64,000 nt of DNA from Candidatus Omnitrophota bacterium. Its GTDB lineage: Bacteria > Omnitrophota > Gorgyraeia > B26-G9. Shown here one piece after another: positions 19,897 through 28,469 of the stretch. A model generated the notes under the pieces. It was not told the origin of the DNA. It saw nothing but the letters and a program-made list of their open reading frames with translations, and did not search any database. Position 1 is the stretch's first letter; each line of letters opens with the position of its first letter. Location of the stretch: the NCBI GenBank assembly GCA_018817165.1, contig JAHITY010000114.1:81721-145720 (forward strand). The letters run 5' to 3'. The position numbers and the translations under genes are program-made.

Positions 19897-20822
19897 ATGC
19901 AAATAATAAAATTTTAAATTTAAAAATCGGGGAAAGTGATACTATCGGCAGACTGGATAAATGTCTGGCTGATAAATTATCCAAAGAATTATCCCGTTCG
20001 GATATTAAAAGACTTATCGATCAAGGTAATGTTAGTTTAAATGATTTGATTGTTAAGCCAAATCATAAAATAAAACTCGGCGATCGGATTACGCTAATTT
20101 TAGAGGAAAAGGCGGCATTAGAAGGCTTGGTTGAGGCTAATATTCCGCTGGATATAATTTTTGAAGATAAGTATATTATTGTGGTTAATAAGCCAGCTGG
20201 TTTGGTTGTGCATCCTGCGGCAGGTCATTTTAGTGATACTTTGGTTAATGCTTTGATCTTTTATTGTAAGAATCTTTCTGATCTGAATGGGCCGATGAAG
20301 CTGGGGATTGTTCATCGCTTGGATAAGGATACATCAGGATTATTGATTATCGCTAAAGACAATAAAACGCATAGGCATTTGGCTAATCAATTTAAGAAAC
20401 ATACTATTGAAAAAACCTATGTAGCAATTGTTCAAGGTAGTGTTAATTATGATGAGGGTATAATTGACGCGCCTTTATCGCGCAATCTGTTTAATCGCAA
20501 GAAAATGAGTGTTTCGCATGCCAGTAGCCGGCAGGCAATTACCCGGTATAAAGTGCTTAAACGTTTCGCTAATTTAACTCTTTTGGAAGTGTATCCTCAA
20601 ACCGGTAGAACTCATCAAATTCGAGTCCATATGGCTCATCTAGGATATCCTATATTAGGGGATAGTACGTATAATAAGTCTAAAGGAATTAAAGGCTTAA
20701 TCAGTCGGCAGGCTTTACATGCTGAAAAAATTCGATTTAAACATCCGCATACAGCTAAAATGGTTGAATTTAAAGCAAAAATTCCTAATGATATGCAGAG
20801 TGTGATAAAAAGTATGAGTTAG
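19893..20822 (+). CDS. rluD: RluA-family 23S rRNA pseudouridine synthase with N-terminal S4 domain (RluD-like)
   Basis: HRLDKDTSGLLIIAK catalytic Asp motif, S4-like N-terminus. Confidence 0.8.
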   Translation: MNANNKILNLKIGESDTIGRLDKCLADKLSKELSRSDIKRLIDQGNVSLNDLIVKPNHKIKLGDRITLILEEKAALEGLVEANIPLDIIFEDKYIIVVNKPAGLVVHPAAGHFSDTLVNALIFYCKNLSDLNGPMKLGIVHRLDKDTSGLLIIAKDNKTHRHLANQFKKHTIEKTYVAIVQGSVNYDEGIIDAPLSRNLFNRKKMSVSHASSRQAITRYKVLKRFANLTLLEVYPQTGRTHQIRVHMAHLGYPILGDSTYNKSKGIKGLISRQALHAEKIRFKHPHTAKMVEFKAKIPNDMQSVIKSMS

Positions 20823-20879
20823 CGCAGGATCTAATTGGTTTTTTTGCAAAAACAGGATTTATATAGTTTATCAAAGTTA

Positions 20880-20908
20880 TTGCAATAAAAAGCTTTAGAT
20901 GATATACT
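20880..20908 (+). promoter_or_regulatory. Sigma70-like promoter TTGCAA-N17-TATACT upstream of the CheC-like gene
   Basis: Hexamers and 17-nt spacer counted in sequence; SD AAGGGGG 5 nt before the ATG at 20937. Confidence 0.45.
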
Positions 20909-20936
20909 AATATTCTAAGTAGTTTAAGGGGGAACT

Positions 20937-21596
20937 ATGAAGAAAATCATAACTGAGCATGATATAATTACGGAAGTAGGCAGTATTTGCGCTTGTAATT
21001 CTACCCATGTTTTTTCTCAAATGATTAACCGTTCTCTCCAACTTGAGTCTCCAGTCCTTCAAGTCGTAAAATTTAAAGATGTAGATAATATTTTAAAAAG
21101 TAAAGATAATATTGTTATTGGGGTGCATTGTCAGATATTGTCCGGGGTTTTAGGACAAGTTTCTTTATTGTTTAAAGAAAAAAGCGCTTTTGAATTTGTC
21201 TCAATTTTTGCCGCAAAAGGAAAACAATCAGCTGGTTTTTTAACTCAATTAGGAGTTTCGACAATTAAAGAAATCGGTAATGTGGTTATTTCCGCTTATT
21301 CCGGAGCAATGAGTTTGCTGATGGATGTGTCGGTTATTCCTTCAATCCCAGTATTGTCCAGCGGACCTTTAAAAGATGTTATAAAATTCGGGATGATGAA
21401 TCTAAACGAAGAAGGAAAAGTTTATGTGCATACAATGACTTTTCGCGATGAACAGCGAAAAATAAACGGGTCATTTTATTTAGTGCTTGAACCGGAAACA
21501 GTTAAAAAAATAGTGGCGATGATGCGCAAGCAGCTGACTAATTTAAATAATCCAAAGCGAAAAATTGATGGGGCAAAAAAATATGAAAGCGCATAA
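20937..21596 (+). CDS. CheC/CheX/FliY-family protein (putative CheY-P phosphatase); second E-x2-N site intact, first degenerate
   Basis: Two CheC-like repeats: ITEVGSICACNST...ESP and IKEIGNVVISAYSGAMSLLMDVSVIPSIP (EIGN...P matches the CheC active-site pattern). Confidence 0.55.
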   Translation: MKKIITEHDIITEVGSICACNSTHVFSQMINRSLQLESPVLQVVKFKDVDNILKSKDNIVIGVHCQILSGVLGQVSLLFKEKSAFEFVSIFAAKGKQSAGFLTQLGVSTIKEIGNVVISAYSGAMSLLMDVSVIPSIPVLSSGPLKDVIKFGMMNLNEEGKVYVHTMTFRDEQRKINGSFYLVLEPETVKKIVAMMRKQLTNLNNPKRKIDGAKKYESA

Positions 21597-21846
21597 TATA
21601 ATGGAAGATATTGTAGAAGAATATCTTAAAGAAATAATTTCTGCTGACAATAAAGTGTGTAATTGTGAGCTTTGCCATGATAAAATGTTTGCTGAAATTT
21701 TGAGTAATATCCCGGCTAAATATGTTACTTCAGAAACCGGGGCAATGTATGCTGTGATCGAACAGGTTCGTGTTGAGCAATCATCAGTTATTTTAAAAGA
21801 ATTAGTTAAAGCGATGAAAAATTTAAAGCCGCATCCTAAGGCATAA
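21583..21846 (+). CDS. Standalone ComFB-like small protein (cyclic-dinucleotide receptor family)
   Basis: NIMEDIVEEYL...VCNCELCHDKMFAEILSNIPAKYV matches the ComFB CxC..C..D...P.YV signature; start ambiguous (21565/21583/21601). Confidence 0.55.
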   Translation: MKAHNIMEDIVEEYLKEIISADNKVCNCELCHDKMFAEILSNIPAKYVTSETGAMYAVIEQVRVEQSSVILKELVKAMKNLKPHPKA

Positions 21847-21881
21847 TTTATTTTTTAATAATATAAATGGAGTGTTTTTAA

Positions 21882-22982
21882 ATGAAAGCATGCAATATCA
21901 TGGAGGATATTACAAAGAAGTATCTTGATGAGATGCTGTCTATGCGTTTTGACATATGCACTTGTGATATTTGCAAGCAAGATATTATTGCTTTTGCTTT
22001 AACTCGGATCCCTCCTAAATATGTTACTGCTGAGTCTGCTTTCATGGATACTTTAATTGAACAAGCCCGCACAGAAAATTCTCAGCTGATATTAAAAGAA
22101 CTGGTTATGGCAATCCGAACAATAACGGCAAATCCGAAACATGAAGAAGGGCAGGATCGGGATAAAGCGTATCATTTGTTAATGAAGCAGATTAAAGATG
22201 ACCGGGGTGTGGATTTTTCTCATTATCGCGATCGAGTTTTAAAACGGAGGATTGCTTTGCGGATGCGGGCGAGAAATGTGCAAACATATTCTGAATACCT
22301 CCAGGTATTAATTCATAGCCCTGAAGAGTATGAGGATTTATTTGATGTTTTAACGATTAATGTTTCTGCGTTTTTTCGGGATAAGGTCGTGTGGGATAAG
22401 CTAAAACGAGATGTTTTTCCCGCGCTTATCGCTAAGAAATTAAAAGAGCATGGATTGCGGAGAATAAGGGTCTGGAGTGCTGGGTGTTCGCATGGAGAAG
22501 AGCCATATTCATTAGCGATTATGCTTTATGAATTGACAGAAAAAATGCCGGAAAAAATAAAAATAGAAATTTATGGCAGTGATATTGATCGAGAGTGTTT
22601 AAAACAAGCAATGCTTGGTCAATATGATAGTGAAAGTGTTAAAGGTCTAAGTGCTTATCAGTTGCGGCGGTTTTTTATTCCGGTTGGTGATAAATATCAG
22701 ATTGTTCCGCATGTAAAGGAGCTTGTTCAGTTTAAAAAACGGAATCTGATTCATGATCCGGCTTTTCCGGGCGTAGATATGGTTACTTGCCGCAATGTAT
22801 TTATCTATTTTAACCGCAGTTTGCAAGAGCATCTTATCATGAAATATCATGGGGCTTTAAATGATGAAGGTTATTTTGTTATGGGTACATCAGAAAATCT
22901 TTTGGGTGAAGCCAGACAGGTTTTTAGCGGAGTAGACAGCAGTTATCGAATTTATCAAAAAATCCCAATGAAACGGTATTGA
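21882..22982 (+). CDS. cheR: ComFB-like N-terminal domain fused to CheR-type chemotaxis protein methyltransferase
   Basis: N-terminus NIMEDITKKYL...ICTCDICKQDIIAFALTRIPPKYV (ComFB pattern, paralogous to upstream gene); C-terminal CheR blocks FFRD, VWSAGCSHGEEPYSLAIML, RNVFIYF. Confidence 0.8.
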   Translation: MKACNIMEDITKKYLDEMLSMRFDICTCDICKQDIIAFALTRIPPKYVTAESAFMDTLIEQARTENSQLILKELVMAIRTITANPKHEEGQDRDKAYHLLMKQIKDDRGVDFSHYRDRVLKRRIALRMRARNVQTYSEYLQVLIHSPEEYEDLFDVLTINVSAFFRDKVVWDKLKRDVFPALIAKKLKEHGLRRIRVWSAGCSHGEEPYSLAIMLYELTEKMPEKIKIEIYGSDIDRECLKQAMLGQYDSESVKGLSAYQLRRFFIPVGDKYQIVPHVKELVQFKKRNLIHDPAFPGVDMVTCRNVFIYFNRSLQEHLIMKYHGALNDEGYFVMGTSENLLGEARQVFSGVDSSYRIYQKIPMKRY

Positions 22983-23039
22983 GCAATATTTCATTCCTTG
23001 AATTTTTTATCTGCGTATATTAATCAAAAAAAGCACATA

Positions 23040-23090
23040 ATGTCTATAAAAATAAACAGTTGGTCTGTTTGTTTTTATAGACATTTTTTA
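23040..23090 (+). terminator. Rho-independent terminator after cheR: 20-bp stem (1 mismatch), loop TTGGT, T-run
   Basis: ATGTCTATAAAAATAAACAG-ttggt-CTGTTTGTTTTTATAGACAT followed by TTTTTT. Confidence 0.6.
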
Positions 23091-23185
23091 CATTTAAATT
23101 GTAAATTGAACATTTTCAATGCTTTAGTGCGTTTATCTTTTTATGGCATATAAAGTGCTAATAATTTGTCCTAGGTGGTGATAAA

Positions 23186-23647
23186 ATGATTATCAGGCAG
23201 GCTAAGTTGTTGGATGCTGATTCAATTGGGCAGCTTATTTACGAGTTTTATGAGGAAAGTTTATCAGCATATGATCTTGGTTTTGAATCAGATGCGGTAA
23301 AGCAGACAATCAAGCAAATAATAAGCAGTAATATTGCTTTTGTCAGTGAAGAATCTGAGCGAATTAGCGGAGTGATTGCCGGGGTGATTAATTCATCAAT
23401 TTTTGACTATCGCCAGACAGTGGCTTATGAGCTGATCTGGTTTGTTAGTAAGCCTTATCGCCGGGGCAGGGCGGGTATGATGTTGCTGAAAAAATTTGAA
23501 CAGCATTGTGAAAATATGGGCGCATCTAAAATTGTTATGAAACATATGGAAAATCTTAATGCATCTGATATGAATCAGCTTTATGAAAGAAAAAAATATA
23601 AACTCATGGAGCTGGAGTATATAAAGAATATTAAGGTTGCAGTTTAA
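23186..23647 (+). CDS. GNAT-family N-acetyltransferase
   Basis: Motif A-like ...IWFVSKPYRRGRAGMMLL..., 153 aa. Confidence 0.65.
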   Translation: MIIRQAKLLDADSIGQLIYEFYEESLSAYDLGFESDAVKQTIKQIISSNIAFVSEESERISGVIAGVINSSIFDYRQTVAYELIWFVSKPYRRGRAGMMLLKKFEQHCENMGASKIVMKHMENLNASDMNQLYERKKYKLMELEYIKNIKVAV

Positions 23648-23719
23648 TGGCGTTCAGCGTTTAGAAAAAAAGTGGTATCCTGAAATAGGTTGACAAAGAA
23701 GAAGATAATTTTATAAATC

Positions 23720-23918
23720 GTAGGGGAGGGCCTTGCGTCCTCCCGGATATTAATATTATTATTGTAATTGTTGATGATAAAAATACCATGAATGTGGTTA
23801 GGCAGAATAATGTATTTGTTCAATTCAATATCAGCATTGATTGTGTATATTATTGCGGGCCGACGCAAGGTCTGCCCCTACGTTGTGTCTTTGTGACCTT
23901 GTGTCTTGTGACTTGTGA
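23720..23918 (+). repeat. Long-form GTAGGGG...CCCCTAC bipartite-hairpin element (about 162 bp) plus 3' tail of CTTGTGAC-like octamer repeats
   Basis: Left hairpin GGGAGG-gccttgcgt-CCTCCC, AT-rich core, right GC hairpin ...CCCCTAC(23881), then gttgtgtc tttgtgac cttgtgtc ttgtgac ttgtgaa; inverted copy at 49605-49734. Confidence 0.7.
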
Positions 23919-23928
23919 ATTATTTGGT

Positions 23929-23963
23929 TTGACAAAATTAGCGAGATTGATTATATTTATAAT
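23929..23963 (+). promoter_or_regulatory. Promoter-like TTGACA-N17-TATATT (and overlapping TATAAT) upstream of the PilZ membrane protein gene
   Basis: Read directly; about 85 nt upstream of the ATG at 24045. Confidence 0.35.
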
Positions 23964-24044
23964 CAAGGGATTGTTTAGATCTGAACATTTGAAGTTTTAG
24001 CTGGATTTTACAAGTTTGTTTTTTAACCAGGGAGCGATAAGTTT

Positions 24045-24740
24045 ATGGCTGCAAATAAAAGAAGGTATTCACGCTTAGATTCTGTGATAAATGGCACATT
24101 TCTCTCCAGAGAAGATAATGCTGTTGGAGACATGATGCTGACTAATTTTAGCCGTGACGGATTTAAAGCCGCACTCAGCCGTCCGATAGTTCCCGGGAGA
24201 ATTATCCAGTTTCAAATGAGATATCCTAATCAGACAATGCCTATTTTTGCCACAGGTAAAGTAATGTGGGTTAAATCAAAAAATCAGGATTTAACGTATG
24301 GTTTTGACGCGGGGATACATCTTATTGAGCCAGACGCGATAATTCGTCAAAAAGCCAGTGAATATGATTTTGATAATTGGCATATCAAACAAGTTGCTGA
24401 CTTTGCCAAGCAAAGAGGTTATCTGGCTAAGCATTTTCCTGATCAGGTTTTTAAATTATCCTGTTTTGTGCCCAGCGCCTTATTAATATATTTTATTTTA
24501 GGAGCCATTGTTTCTTTTTTGAATGTAAATATGGCTTTAATATACTCCGCGAGTATTATGGCTTATTTTTTATCAATTTTTGTCACAACTGCAATTTGGC
24601 TATTAACTGAAAAGAGCCATAAAACATTGATTGAAAAAATATCAGTGATTTTTCCAGTTAGTGCTGCGCGGATTTCTGCACATATAAGCTACGGTGTATT
24701 TTTCTTGCGTGGTTTATTCTCAAAAAAGGAATATAACTAG
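24045..24740 (+). CDS. PilZ-domain protein with C-terminal transmembrane segments
   Basis: RRYSRL (RxxxR) ... NFSRDGFKAAL (D/NxSxxG-like) ... GKVMWVK; two hydrophobic helices near C-terminus. Confidence 0.55.
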   Translation: MAANKRRYSRLDSVINGTFLSREDNAVGDMMLTNFSRDGFKAALSRPIVPGRIIQFQMRYPNQTMPIFATGKVMWVKSKNQDLTYGFDAGIHLIEPDAIIRQKASEYDFDNWHIKQVADFAKQRGYLAKHFPDQVFKLSCFVPSALLIYFILGAIVSFLNVNMALIYSASIMAYFLSIFVTTAIWLLTEKSHKTLIEKISVIFPVSAARISAHISYGVFFLRGLFSKKEYN

Positions 24741-25010
24741 TCTAATATCCGCTTAAGCCCATAATAAGAGTTGTGCTTGTTAAACAATCTTAAACAACAT
24801 ATTGTCTATTTATTTAGACGGATTCAATTATTTTTTAATACGCTATTATCTTTATAAAACTATTTGTTATAAGCTATTAAAGGAGTTAGAGCAATTAAAA
24901 AAAATAAATTCGATTGGCATGAATAATGCTTTATTTAATAAGAGGATAAAATTTATATTTATACATCTGAGAAGTTTTGCAGAGATGTTTATTTTATTTA
25001 GGGGCTATCA

Positions 25011-25235
25011 GTGATAGAGTATAATAAATACAAAGAGGCGGTTATTTACGCTGGTTTGGAAGAATATCCTGTTTTAATTGATACCCAGACTGATAGAGTT
25101 GTTGAAGCTTATGTCAGGGGCAAGTGGATAAGCACTAAGTATTATACAATTTGGCAGGAATATTATGATGCGCAGAAATCTTATCGTGAAGAAAAGATTA
25201 AATCACGCAGAGGGCATATTAAAAAATCAGTATAG
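25011..25235 (+). CDS. Hypothetical small protein (74 aa), followed by strong terminator structures
   Basis: Non-repetitive composition; ends 20 nt before tandem hairpins; no recognisable motif. Confidence 0.3.
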   Translation: MIEYNKYKEAVIYAGLEEYPVLIDTQTDRVVEAYVRGKWISTKYYTIWQEYYDAQKSYREEKIKSRRGHIKKSV

Positions 25236-25256
25236 AATTAGATTATTGTAATTTCC

Positions 25257-25322
25257 GTACACTGTTTCAGTGTACAAGGGATAGCGGAATTGTCACCCCC
25301 TGACAAGCTATCCCTTTTTTAA
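25257..25322 (+). terminator. Tandem hairpins ending in a T-run (rho-independent terminator)
   Basis: GTACACT-gtttc-AGTGTAC then AAGGGATAGC-(21 nt loop)-GCTATCCCTT followed by TTTTTT. Confidence 0.55.
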
Positions 25323-25391
25323 TAATTAAAACAGTTAGCGATTTACCCCTTCGACTTCGCTCAGGGCAATACACTTTTGCCCTTATTTGTT

Positions 25392-25420
25392 TTGACATTT
25401 AAAAATTTAATTGATATATT
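25392..25420 (+). promoter_or_regulatory. Promoter-like TTGACA-N17-TATATT upstream of yihY-like gene
   Basis: Hexamers and spacer counted in sequence; followed by a further hairpin (TCCCACGG...CTGTGGGA + T-run) before the ATG at 25496. Confidence 0.4.
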
Positions 25421-25495
25421 ATATGAAACTCCCACGGACGGCGATTAGGCTGTGGGAATTTTTATTCTCAAATTTTATTCAATTGAGTTTAAATT

Positions 25496-26830
25496 ATGGA
25501 GGAAAGAATGATTGCAAAAGTAGTAAACTTTTTTAAAACTGATATATGGCGGATTCGCACCAAAAATCTTTCGAAAACAAAATCAATTTTATTGAAACCC
25601 CTGATGATCATTGTTCTGGCATTGCGCAGTTTTGACGAGGATAAATGTCAGCTAAGAGCTTCAGCGCTTACGTTTTATTCCCTGATTTCTATTGTGCCGG
25701 TAGTGGCCATGGCTTTTGGCATTGCTAAAGGCTTTGGCTATGAACAGAAATTACAAGGCGTGATCTATGAAAAAATGGCAGGGCAGAAGGAAGTAGCGGA
25801 ATATATAGTTAATTTTGCTCAGTCTTTTTTAGAGAATACTAAAGGCGGAATTGTTGCTGGAATTGGAGTTGCTATACTGTTTTGGACAGTTATTAAAGTT
25901 TTGGGCAATATAGAAAAATCGTTTAATGATATTTGGGGGATAAAAATTTCTAGAAGCATTGGCAGGAAATTTAGTGATTACCTTTCGATTATGTTGATAT
26001 GCCCGATATTGCTGATTATTTCCAGTGGATTAACCGTGTTTATCGCAACTCAGGTTAAATTGATAGTAGCGAAAATATCGCTTTTAGGGGTATTGAGTCC
26101 GCTTATTATGTTTTCGCTTAATCTGCTCCCTTTTGTTCTGGTCTGGATTCTTTTTTCCTTCATATATATATTTATGCCTAATACTAAAGTTTATTTTAAA
26201 TCCGGGCTTGTCGGAGGGATTTTAGCCGGAACTTTATATCAGGTTATTCAGTGGGTTTATTTTACTTTTCAGGTTGGGGTGACAAAATACAATCAAGTAT
26301 ACGGAAGTTTTGCGGCATTGCCTCTATTCTTAGTCTGGATGCAGATCAGCTGGCTGATTGTTTTGTTTGGCGCTGAGATCTCTTTTGCCCGTCAGAATCT
26401 GGAGACTTATGAATTTGAGCCGGATTGCTTAAATGTCAGCTATAGCTATAAACAAATGCTGACAATTAATATTGTGCGTTTGATTTTTAACAGTTTTACT
26501 GTTGGCGGTAAAGTTTGGACTGCTGCCGCCATATCGCATGAGTTAGAAATACCAATCCGCTTAATCCGGCAGATACTGTTTGAATTAGTCGAAGCCGGTG
26601 TATTGATTGAAACAAAAGAATTGGCTGGCGCGGGAATCGGTTATCAGCCAGCGCATTCTCCGGAAAATCTAACGATCAAAGATATCATTTATAAATTAGA
26701 GCATAAGGGTACGGATGATATTCCTGTTACACAGAACAGTGCTTTTAAAGCAATCAAAGAGTCATTGTCAGCCATGGATAAGACTCTGAGCAAGTCCGCG
26801 GCTAATTTGAAGATAAACGAGATAAAATGA
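25496..26830 (+). CDS. YihY/BrkB-family inner membrane protein with ~130-aa C-terminal soluble extension
   Basis: LRASALTFYSLISIVPVVAMAFGIAKGFG family signature, 6 predicted TM, hydrophilic C-terminus. Confidence 0.75.
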   Translation: MEERMIAKVVNFFKTDIWRIRTKNLSKTKSILLKPLMIIVLALRSFDEDKCQLRASALTFYSLISIVPVVAMAFGIAKGFGYEQKLQGVIYEKMAGQKEVAEYIVNFAQSFLENTKGGIVAGIGVAILFWTVIKVLGNIEKSFNDIWGIKISRSIGRKFSDYLSIMLICPILLIISSGLTVFIATQVKLIVAKISLLGVLSPLIMFSLNLLPFVLVWILFSFIYIFMPNTKVYFKSGLVGGILAGTLYQVIQWVYFTFQVGVTKYNQVYGSFAALPLFLVWMQISWLIVLFGAEISFARQNLETYEFEPDCLNVSYSYKQMLTINIVRLIFNSFTVGGKVWTAAAISHELEIPIRLIRQILFELVEAGVLIETKELAGAGIGYQPAHSPENLTIKDIIYKLEHKGTDDIPVTQNSAFKAIKESLSAMDKTLSKSAANLKINEIK

Positions 26831-26852
26831 ATTTAATAGAAAGGGGTAGGGG

Positions 26853-27269
26853 ATGAAGCAAAAATTATTTTTATTGGGATTAGCTGCTATTTTGGTTATC
26901 AGTGGGTGTTCTAAAAAAGCCGATGATTCTATGGCTAAAGAGCCGGAAACTAAAATGCCGGCAATGGAACAAAAGCTTGTGGCGGCTAAACAGGTAATGG
27001 CGGAGACTGGCAAGCAAGCGATTGCTTTTGCTGAGAAACTAAAAACTGTTGCTGAGAAAAAAGAGTATTTAATTGCTCAGGCAGAAGCTTTTTATGCATC
27101 CAAGAAATTTGAGCAAGTTAGCGAGGTCGGGCAATACGTTCTGCAGTATCTGGACAAAGACTCGGCAGCGGCAAAAGATTTGCTGGAAAAAGCAAAAGCT
27201 CAAGTACAGGCGCAAGCCCAAAAAGCTGTGGGAGATGTTAAGCAAGCCTTAGGCGGTTTAAATAATTAG
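26853..27269 (+). CDS. Small lipoprotein, coiled-coil/Ala-Lys-rich, function unknown
   Basis: Signal peptide with lipobox LVISGC, 138 aa. Confidence 0.5.
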   Translation: MKQKLFLLGLAAILVISGCSKKADDSMAKEPETKMPAMEQKLVAAKQVMAETGKQAIAFAEKLKTVAEKKEYLIAQAEAFYASKKFEQVSEVGQYVLQYLDKDSAAAKDLLEKAKAQVQAQAQKAVGDVKQALGGLNN

Positions 27270-27352
27270 CTGTTAAGCAGAAATGAGTATTAATAAAAGT
27301 AACTGATTGCGGCTCAAAATAATAATTTAATTTTAAGAAGGATGGATGACAG

Positions 27353-28168
27353 ATGGAAGATATAATTTTAAAAATAAAAGGATATGTTTTGCTTTATGGG
27401 ATAAAAGTTATTGCGGCAATTCTGATTTTTGTAATTGGAAAGTTTGTAGCCCATATTTTAACCGGGATATTGAGAAAAATAATGCTCAAAGCTAAGGTTG
27501 AAGAAACTCTGGTCACCTTTGTGCATAATATTGCTTATGTCGGGGCGATGACCTTTGTCGTGATTGCCGCGATTGGTCAGCTGGGCGTGCAGACAACTTC
27601 TTTTATTGCGGTAATCGGTGCTGCTGGTCTGGCAGTTGGGCTGGCTTTGCAGGGTTCGCTTTCTAATTTTGCGGCTGGGGTTATCTTAATATTGTTCAAA
27701 CCGTTTAAAGTCGGTGATTTTATTATCGCCGGAGGCGAAAAAGGTACAGTAAAAGAGATTCAGATTTTTAACACAATTCTCGCTCATCCGGATAATCGGA
27801 AAATTGTTCTGCCTAATTCTCAGGTAACCGGGGGGACGATAACTAATTTTTCGGCAATTGATAAACGCCGAATTGATTTGATTTTTGGGATTTCTTATAC
27901 TGATGATATGAAAAAGGCGAAAGATGCCTTGGCAAAAGTCGTTGCCAGTGATAAACGGATATTAACTGATCCGGCGCCGGTGATTGCTGTTTCAGAATTA
28001 GGAGAGAGTAGTGTGAATTTAGTTTGCCGTCCATGGGTAAATCCGAGTGATTATTGGGATGTATATTTTAATCTGGTTGAGCAGGGTAAGCTTGAGCTGG
28101 AGAAAAATGGAATCACTATTCCTTTTCCTCAGCGAGATATTCATGTCTATGAGGAAAAGAAAGTCTAA
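27353..28168 (+). CDS. MscS-family small-conductance mechanosensitive channel
   Basis: Three TM then MscS beta-domain GDFIIAGGEKGTVKEIQIFNTIL, 271 aa. Confidence 0.85.
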   Translation: MEDIILKIKGYVLLYGIKVIAAILIFVIGKFVAHILTGILRKIMLKAKVEETLVTFVHNIAYVGAMTFVVIAAIGQLGVQTTSFIAVIGAAGLAVGLALQGSLSNFAAGVILILFKPFKVGDFIIAGGEKGTVKEIQIFNTILAHPDNRKIVLPNSQVTGGTITNFSAIDKRRIDLIFGISYTDDMKKAKDALAKVVASDKRILTDPAPVIAVSELGESSVNLVCRPWVNPSDYWDVYFNLVEQGKLELEKNGITIPFPQRDIHVYEEKKV

Positions 28169-28262
28169 TCAATCATTAAGTCTTAAGTTTTTTTGATTGA
28201 GAATATGTTTTTTCAGATCTAATTTAGATTGATTTGTAATTTAAATACTTGTGTTTTTAAAA

Positions 28263-28297
28263 AACCCGCATTATTTAAAAAAAATGCGGGTTTTTTA
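28263..28297. terminator. Bidirectional rho-independent terminator
   Basis: AAAAACCCGCAT-tatttaaaaaaa-ATGCGGGTTTTTT (A-run / stem / T-run). Confidence 0.6.
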
Positions 28298-28361
28298 ATA
28301 TGTTTTTTATTCCTTAAGTCTTTCTATTGCAATAAATTATAATTATTTTACTATGGTGAAC

Positions 28362-28390
28362 TTGCAAAAATAATTTATCTCATGTATACT
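28362..28390 (+). promoter_or_regulatory. Sigma70-like promoter TTGCAA-N17-TATACT upstream of the glycan export/biosynthesis operon
   Basis: Identical hexamers to the promoter at 20880; about 80-nt leader to the ATG at 28470. Confidence 0.45.
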
Positions 28391-28469
28391 TAATCAACCA
28401 CTTTTAATAAGTGTATTTAAAAGTTAGTTTTTTGGTTAAGGATTTGAGTTAAAAATAGGGGACAAAAAA

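Noticed and set aside
23644-23868. 74-aa minus-strand ORF (and its counterpart 49588..49806 on the plus strand) sharing a 30-aa identical core ...HGIxIINNYNNxINIREDARPSPTI..., including an H-u-H-like HIHGIFII string reminiscent of IS200/RAYT transposase motifs
   Set aside because: Both ORFs lie entirely inside the two long-form repeat copies. The protein-level identity is fully explained by DNA-level identity of the repeat. N- and C-termini (read from unique flanks) are unrelated. No start context or SD. The HuH resemblance is a 3-residue coincidence without the second His pair or catalytic Tyr.
24802-25014. 70-aa ORF in the AT-rich spacer after the PilZ-TM gene
   Set aside because: Tyr/Ile/Lys/Phe-rich low-complexity translation typical of AT-rich noncoding DNA; no SD; not reported as a feature (the adjacent 25011..25235 ORF is kept at low confidence only).
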